A program made the position numbers and the translations under genes. A stretch of DNA of 32,000 nt from Halomicronema hongdechloris C2206. GTDB lineage: Bacteria; Cyanobacteriota; Cyanobacteriia; Phormidesmidales; Phormidesmidaceae. The notes under the pieces were generated by a model. That model saw only the letters and a list, made by a program, of their open reading frames with translations. It was not told the origin of the DNA and did not search any database. Location: NCBI RefSeq assembly GCF_002075285.3, contig NZ_CP021983.2, positions 2,610,001-2,642,000 on the forward strand, in the 5' to 3' direction. Of this stretch, positions 27,412 to 32,000 are shown piece by piece. Every line of letters begins with the position of its first letter. The first letter of the stretch is position 1.

Positions 27412-29106
27412 ATGACCAGGTTTCCGCAGGGGCTAGTACACGGACTCAGGTTTGACAACCTGCGAGGAGACTTCTTTGGTGGCATCACCGCCGCCATCGT
27501 CGCCCTGCCCCTCGCCCTCGCCTTCGGCGTCGCCTCCGGGGTTGGTCCCATCGCTGGTTTGTACGGCGCCATCAGTGTCGGGTTTTTTGCGGCTCTATTT
27601 GGGGGCACCCCTTCCCAAATTTCTGGCCCCACCGGCCCCATGACCGTGGTGATGGCGTCGACCGTGACCTCCCTGATGGCCCGAGATCCAGAGACCGGCC
27701 TGGCCATGGCCTTCACTGTCGTCATGCTCGGCGGTGTGTTTCAGATCCTGTTCGGGGTCCTCCGCCTGGGTAAATACATTACCCTGATGCCCTACACCGT
27801 CATCTCCGGTTTCATGTCGGGCATTGGGGTGATCATCATCGTGATCGAAATCGGCCCCCTACTCGGCTACGAGGGCACGGCGGACGTGGTCAACTCGCTG
27901 CTGCAGCTCCCCACGGTCTTGGCCGATATTGATCCCGTGGCGGCGGGATTAGGCGGGTTGACCCTAGCCATTGTCTTTGCCGCCCCTCCCCGCCTCAATC
28001 GGATATTACCGGCTCCCCTGATTGCCCTCGTCTTCTGTACCCTGTTATCGGTCTGGGGATTCCCCCACAGTGAGATTCCGCGCATCGGCGATATCCCCTC
28101 TGGATTTCCCAGCCTGCAACTGCCCCAACTAGAGTGGAATACCCTCAGGGATCTGCTGATCTATAGTGTCATGCTGGCCATCCTGGGCGCCTTGGATTCC
28201 CTCATGACCTCGCTAGTAGCCGACAACATCACTCGCACCCAGCACCACTCAGACCGAGAACTGATCGGGCAGGGCATCGGTAACCTGATCTCGGGACTGT
28301 TGGGCGGCTTGCCCGGGGCAGGGGCCACCATGCGCACAGTCATTAATGTCCAAACCGGTGGCAAAACCCCCCTGTCTGGCATCATCCATGCCGGAGTGCT
28401 GGGCCTGATCGCGTGGAAAGCCGGTGCCCTGACAGAGCCCATTCCCCAGGCAGTGCTGGCCGGCATTTTGATCAAGGTGGGCATCGACATTATTGACTGG
28501 GGATTTCTCAGGCGGGCCCACCGTCTATCTACCAAGGGGGCCGGAGTCATGTACCTAGTCTTGGTCCTGACAGTATTTGTAGACTTGATTACCGCCGTGG
28601 CGGTGGGCGTATTTGTGGCCAATTTGCTCACCATCAAAAACCTAACCGACCTGCAACTGCAGCAGACGCGGGCGGTGACCCAGGGAGACGATGAAGACTG
28701 GCTGTCGTCGGAAGAGCAGGGGCTGCTGAAGGCGGCTAAGGGGCGGATTTTGATGTTCCATTTGAGTGGCCCCATGAGCTTCGGTGCCGCTAAGGCCATT
28801 TCGCGGCGGCTTTCGATCGTAGAAAATTATGAAATCCTAATTCTCGATCTCAGTGAGGTGCCTAGATTGGGCGTGACGGCGCTGTTGGCCATCGAAGCCA
28901 TGCTCAAGGATACCTTTGCCCAAAAACGGCAAGTCTTCTTGGTGGGGGCCACAGGCCAGGTGCAGCACCGACTGCAACAGTTAAGCATCGTACGACGCTT
29001 GCCCCTCGACCACTGGGTGCCTCAGCGGCTAGAGGCTCTATATCAAGCCCTAGCGCTAATTCGAGGATACGCGCCTGCCGTAGAACCGCACCGGCGCACT
29101 GACTAG
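27412..29106 (+). CDS. bicA: SulP-family bicarbonate transporter (BicA-like) with a C-terminal STAS domain
   Basis: Similarity runs end to end with BicA as I recall it: 'LRGDFFGGITAAIVALPLALAFGVASG', 'GGTPSQISGPTGPMTVVM', 'LGKYITLMPYTVISGFMSGIG', 'ELIGQGIGNLISGL', 'GAGATMRTVINVQTGGKTPLSG' and the STAS 'ILMFHLSGPMSFGAAKAI'. The start is the ATG at 27412 or 27391. The track ORF start at 27091 belongs to the upstream remnant. Confidence 0.85.
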   Translation: MTRFPQGLVHGLRFDNLRGDFFGGITAAIVALPLALAFGVASGVGPIAGLYGAISVGFFAALFGGTPSQISGPTGPMTVVMASTVTSLMARDPETGLAMAFTVVMLGGVFQILFGVLRLGKYITLMPYTVISGFMSGIGVIIIVIEIGPLLGYEGTADVVNSLLQLPTVLADIDPVAAGLGGLTLAIVFAAPPRLNRILPAPLIALVFCTLLSVWGFPHSEIPRIGDIPSGFPSLQLPQLEWNTLRDLLIYSVMLAILGALDSLMTSLVADNITRTQHHSDRELIGQGIGNLISGLLGGLPGAGATMRTVINVQTGGKTPLSGIIHAGVLGLIAWKAGALTEPIPQAVLAGILIKVGIDIIDWGFLRRAHRLSTKGAGVMYLVLVLTVFVDLITAVAVGVFVANLLTIKNLTDLQLQQTRAVTQGDDEDWLSSEEQGLLKAAKGRILMFHLSGPMSFGAAKAISRRLSIVENYEILILDLSEVPRLGVTALLAIEAMLKDTFAQKRQVFLVGATGQVQHRLQQLSIVRRLPLDHWVPQRLEALYQALALIRGYAPAVEPHRRTD

Positions 29107-29198
29107 TGGCATAGAAACTCGCTCTATGTGATGTGTGGTATCCATGTCGGAGTAGCCCTGCAGGGTATGGGGCTAATCGCAGTGGCTTGTCCGTTGAG

Positions 29199-30551
29199 CT
29201 AGTACCGCTCATGGACCAACTGTCCCAGCACATAGGTGGCCTGCACGGCCCGATCATCCCCTAGGATCACCAGGGAGAATACCTGGTCCGCTAGCGCCTC
29301 CAGAGACCTCGGTACGGCGGCGGTGTTGCGAAAGGCTAGCAGCGGCGTCGCCTGGGGGTCCAGCACGATAAAGTCGGCGTCCTTGCCCTGATCGAAGCTG
29401 CCCAAGTGGCCGTCTAGGCTCAGAGCTCTAGCCCCGCCCAGGGTAGCCAAAAACAGCGCCTGGAAAGGGGATAGGCTCTGACGCCGCAGCTGCGCCACCT
29501 TATAGGCTTCGTTGGTGGTTTGCAGCATGGAGAAGCTGGTACCGGCGCCCACATCGGTGCCTAAGCCCAGCTTCACCGGATGGCTGGGTGACTTGGCCTG
29601 CTCCAGCTTGAACAGGCCGCTGCCTAGAAATAGATTGGAGGTGGGACAAAAGGCAATGGCTGATTGGGCCTGGGAAAGCCGCTGGAATTCGGCCTCGCTC
29701 AACTGCACCCCGTGGGAAAGACAGAAGCGATCGGTGACCAGGCCGGCCTGATCATAGACATCCAGATAGCCCTTACTCTGGGGAAAAAGCTCTGCGATCC
29801 AGGCGACTTCCTCTTGATTTTCGGACAGGTGAGTGTGCAGATAGACATCAGGAAACTCCTGTAGCAGTTGCCTGGCCCGCTGCAGTTGGGCCTCGCTGGA
29901 GGTGGCGGCGAAGCGGGGAGTGACGGCGTAGCGCAGCCGTCCCCGTTTATGCCATGTCTGAATCAGAGCTTTGGTGTCTGTATAGGAAGGACGCGGCCGT
30001 ATCGCAGAAGATAGGTTGGGGGCATGGCGGTCCATCATTACCTTGCCGGCAATCATGCAGAGGTGGCGGGCCTCGGCGGCCTCGAAGAAGGCCTCCACGG
30101 ATTGGGGAAACACCGTGGCAAAGACCAGGGCGGTGGTGGTGCCGTGACTCAGCAGTTGATCGAGAAAGAACTCGGCCACCTCTTTGGCATAGGCTTTATC
30201 TTGAAAGCGCTTCTCGGTGGGAAAGGTGTATTGGCTCAACCACTGCAGCAGCTGCTCGCCGTAGGCGGCCATCATGCCGGTCTGGGGATAGTGAATATGG
30301 GTGTCGATGAAGCCGGGGGTGATCAGCCGGCCTAGGTAGGCAGTAACAGGGATATGGCCGTAGGTGCTCTCGAGGTCGTTGTAGGGGCCAAAGGCTTTGA
30401 TAATGCCGGATTCGATCACCAGCAAGCCATCGGGGACGTAGCGCACACTCTCGGCTTCGGGAGCGTAGAAGGGATCCTCGATGAAGTCGAGGAAGGCACC
30501 GCGAATGGCCTGGAGACGGGGGGCATCAGTTGAGGCAGGAGGAGAGGACAT
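29199..30551 (-). CDS. guaD: Guanine deaminase
   Basis: 'IRGAFLDFIEDPF', 'PGFIDTHIHYPQ', 'THLSEN' and 'LGTDVGAG'. The ATG at 30551 fits. The 140 upstream codons of the track ORF are repeat-derived low complexity. Confidence 0.88.
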   Translation of the reverse strand: MSSPPASTDAPRLQAIRGAFLDFIEDPFYAPEAESVRYVPDGLLVIESGIIKAFGPYNDLESTYGHIPVTAYLGRLITPGFIDTHIHYPQTGMMAAYGEQLLQWLSQYTFPTEKRFQDKAYAKEVAEFFLDQLLSHGTTTALVFATVFPQSVEAFFEAAEARHLCMIAGKVMMDRHAPNLSSAIRPRPSYTDTKALIQTWHKRGRLRYAVTPRFAATSSEAQLQRARQLLQEFPDVYLHTHLSENQEEVAWIAELFPQSKGYLDVYDQAGLVTDRFCLSHGVQLSEAEFQRLSQAQSAIAFCPTSNLFLGSGLFKLEQAKSPSHPVKLGLGTDVGAGTSFSMLQTTNEAYKVAQLRRQSLSPFQALFLATLGGARALSLDGHLGSFDQGKDADFIVLDPQATPLLAFRNTAAVPRSLEALADQVFSLVILGDDRAVQATYVLGQLVHERY

Positions 30552-30566
30552 TTGGGGAAGACGGAG

Positions 30567-30590
30567 GGGGGAGTGGGGGAGTGGGGGAGT
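30567..30590. repeat. Tandem octamer GGGGGAGT x3 (STRR-like)
   Basis: Three exact 8-bp units at 30567-30574, 30575-30582 and 30583-30590, 16 nt upstream of the guaD ATG. They are C-rich on the mRNA strand. Confidence 0.9.
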
Positions 30591-30987
30591 AATGGGGTGT
30601 AGGCGGAGCCTGCCCGGAGGGCTTAGGGGTGATGGGGAGGGCGGAGGACAGTGATGAGTTTTGAGTTTTGAATCCCCGCCTTGCTCCTGTGGAGCCGCTT
30701 TGCGAACGCGAGGACAAGCTTTGAATTTTGAATTTTGGTTTGGTTCCCTGCCCAACGGTGGATGGGATAGGGTAGGGGCGTGGTTGCCGCGCCCAATGCA
30801 GAAAACTCCTCTGCCGATGCGACGCGATCTGGAACGACCAACCAACAGGCCCTTCCGCAGGGTCCAGGGTAGTTCGGCTCTGTTGCTCCTGCGGAGCCGC
30901 TGACGCGCTTGGCGAAGCCTGGCTGAAAGCCATACACTATAAGCGCTCTCTCCAGTCGTCTGTAGCGCCATCTCTCAGCCCTGATCT

Positions 30988-31938
30988 CTAACCGTTGGCT
31001 GGGCCTGGTTCTGAGGTCACTGTAGCCTCTGGGGCAGCCTTGGCGGCATTGACATTGAGGCTGCCACCGAAGCGCTCTAGTTCAAACAATTTCACCCCAA
31101 TCTGGTATTCATACTGGCTCAGCAGGCGGCCGTAAATATAGCCAGCCCGGCCATCCAGGAACCCCAGCTGAAACACATAAAACAGGCAGAACCGTAGCAA
31201 GGGTTTGAAGGGTAGCCGCACCCAGATGGTCTTCAGGAAGCGCTTGCGCTGGACCGCATCGCCAAATAGGTTAGCGCCGATGGTGCCGTCGTTGCCCATG
31301 CCGTGGAGCAGATTGTAGTAGACCCGGGCTTCCCAGTTGGAATAGCGGTTGTGGCGCTCTAGCCAATGGAAGAGGTCGCGGAAGTCTTCGTGCAACATGT
31401 CCTGCTGCAAATAGCCCACCGGGCCATCGATGATCACATGCTCGTGGACTTCGTTGTCGCCGGTGTTGCGGATGTCTTCGGTGTGGAGGTTTTCATAGCG
31501 CCCTTTGGCGTGGCGGAAGAGGCGCAGATTCCAGTCGGGATATTTGCCGCCGTGGCGAATCCAGGTGCCCAGGAAGAAGACGCGACGGTTGAGGTAGTAG
31601 CCGTCGTAGTCAGAGGATTGGATAGCTTCAGCGATTTCGTCCCACAGTTCTGGGGGAATGCGCTCGTCGCAGTCGACGATCAGCACCCAGTCATGGTGGA
31701 AGGGGAGGTTGTCTAAGGCCCAATTTTTTTTCTTAGGCCAGCGACCGTTGAAGTGGAACTGCACTACCTGAGCACCGTAGCGATCGCAAATCTCGCCGGA
31801 GCGATCCTCACTTTGGGAGTCGACCACGAAGACTTCGGCGGCGGCAGCCACACTCTCCAGGCAGGCGGGCAGGTTTTCTTCCTCGTTTTTGGCAGGAATC
31901 AGCACGGAAACGGGAATCTTACCGGCGGCGGTGGACAT
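30988..31938 (-). CDS. Family 2 glycosyltransferase
   Basis: 'VSVLIPAKNEEENLPACLESV', 'VVDSQSEDRS' and 'LIVDCDERIP' (the DxD region). The ATG at 31938 has GAGGA at 7-nt spacing. The ATG at 31944 is the alternative. Confidence 0.85.
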   Translation of the reverse strand: MSTAAGKIPVSVLIPAKNEEENLPACLESVAAAAEVFVVDSQSEDRSGEICDRYGAQVVQFHFNGRWPKKKNWALDNLPFHHDWVLIVDCDERIPPELWDEIAEAIQSSDYDGYYLNRRVFFLGTWIRHGGKYPDWNLRLFRHAKGRYENLHTEDIRNTGDNEVHEHVIIDGPVGYLQQDMLHEDFRDLFHWLERHNRYSNWEARVYYNLLHGMGNDGTIGANLFGDAVQRKRFLKTIWVRLPFKPLLRFCLFYVFQLGFLDGRAGYIYGRLLSQYEYQIGVKLFELERFGGSLNVNAAKAAPEATVTSEPGPANG

Positions 31939-32000
31939 GGTCATTCCTCAACGGCGATGGCAACGCAAGACAGACAATTAGGAAGAGGGGTTCCCTTCCT

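Noticed and set aside
28161-28799. A 212-aa antisense ORF inside bicA, and similar long antisense or alternate-frame ORFs (293-619, 520-771, 842-1141, 1496-2044, 9865-10242, 12686-13120, 13177-13596, 13690-14190, 24191-24487, 29954-30335, 31366-31716)
   Set aside because: Each lies wholly within a strongly supported gene on the other strand or in another frame. Their Arg/Pro/Ser/Gly-rich compositions are typical of shadow ORFs in DNA of this composition.
30552-30700. A purine riboswitch in the guaD leader
   Set aside because: The minus-strand leader is C-rich repeat sequence and lacks the conserved purine-aptamer junction motifs.
30552-30971. The N-terminal 140 codons of the 590-aa track ORF (29199-30971) as part of guanine deaminase
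   Set aside because: Deaminase homology begins at the ATG at 30551 ('MSSPPASTDAPRLQAIRGAFLDF'). The upstream part is Pro/Arg/Ser-rich low complexity produced by the tandem repeats in the spacer.

Overview
This window reads as a cyanobacterial chromosome segment. The octamer GCGATCGC (HIP1) occurs at least 13 times, and the gene content is typical of cyanobacteria (YggT/Ycf19, DUF3285-, DUF4278-, DUF2854- and DUF3326-like proteins, BicA- and SbtA-type bicarbonate transporters). About 85% of the window is ordinary housekeeping DNA: thioredoxin-like protein, rhomboid, eno, Bax-inhibitor-like protein, prfB with its programmed +1 frameshift, ybeY, dgkA, trpG/pabA, MBL hydrolase, pepP, CPBP protease, ferredoxin, upp, creatininase, histidine kinase, pseudouridine synthase, RodZ-like protein, purM, rlpA, bicA-like transporter, guaD and a GT2 glycosyltransferase. 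The only accessory stretch is about 1.2-5.9 kb. It looks like the scar of a degraded integrative element. It holds a UmuD-like protein whose Ser/Lys dyad is substituted, and a umuC stub with a frameshift that is fused at about 2136 to the 3' part of a tyrosine-recombinase pseudogene. It also holds several orphan or fragmentary ORFs, an RHH-type small protein behind a perfect 27-bp palindrome, a stand-alone PD-(D/E)xK (HsdR_N-like) protein, and an internally deleted IS630 copy that truncated a neighbouring membrane-protein gene. Elsewhere, an sbtA-type gene remnant runs in frame into the bicA-like gene, and a 14-bp tandem repeat sits in the leader of a ferredoxin-DUF3326-CPBP cluster. A 58-aa ORF is missing from the ORF track, and there are several intergenic repeat motifs. 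I found no rRNA, tRNA or CRISPR array by eye. I do not see an intact, clearly novel multi-gene system. The best candidates for follow-up are the orphan ORFs in the degraded island and the ferredoxin/DUF3326 cluster, and both remain inference only.
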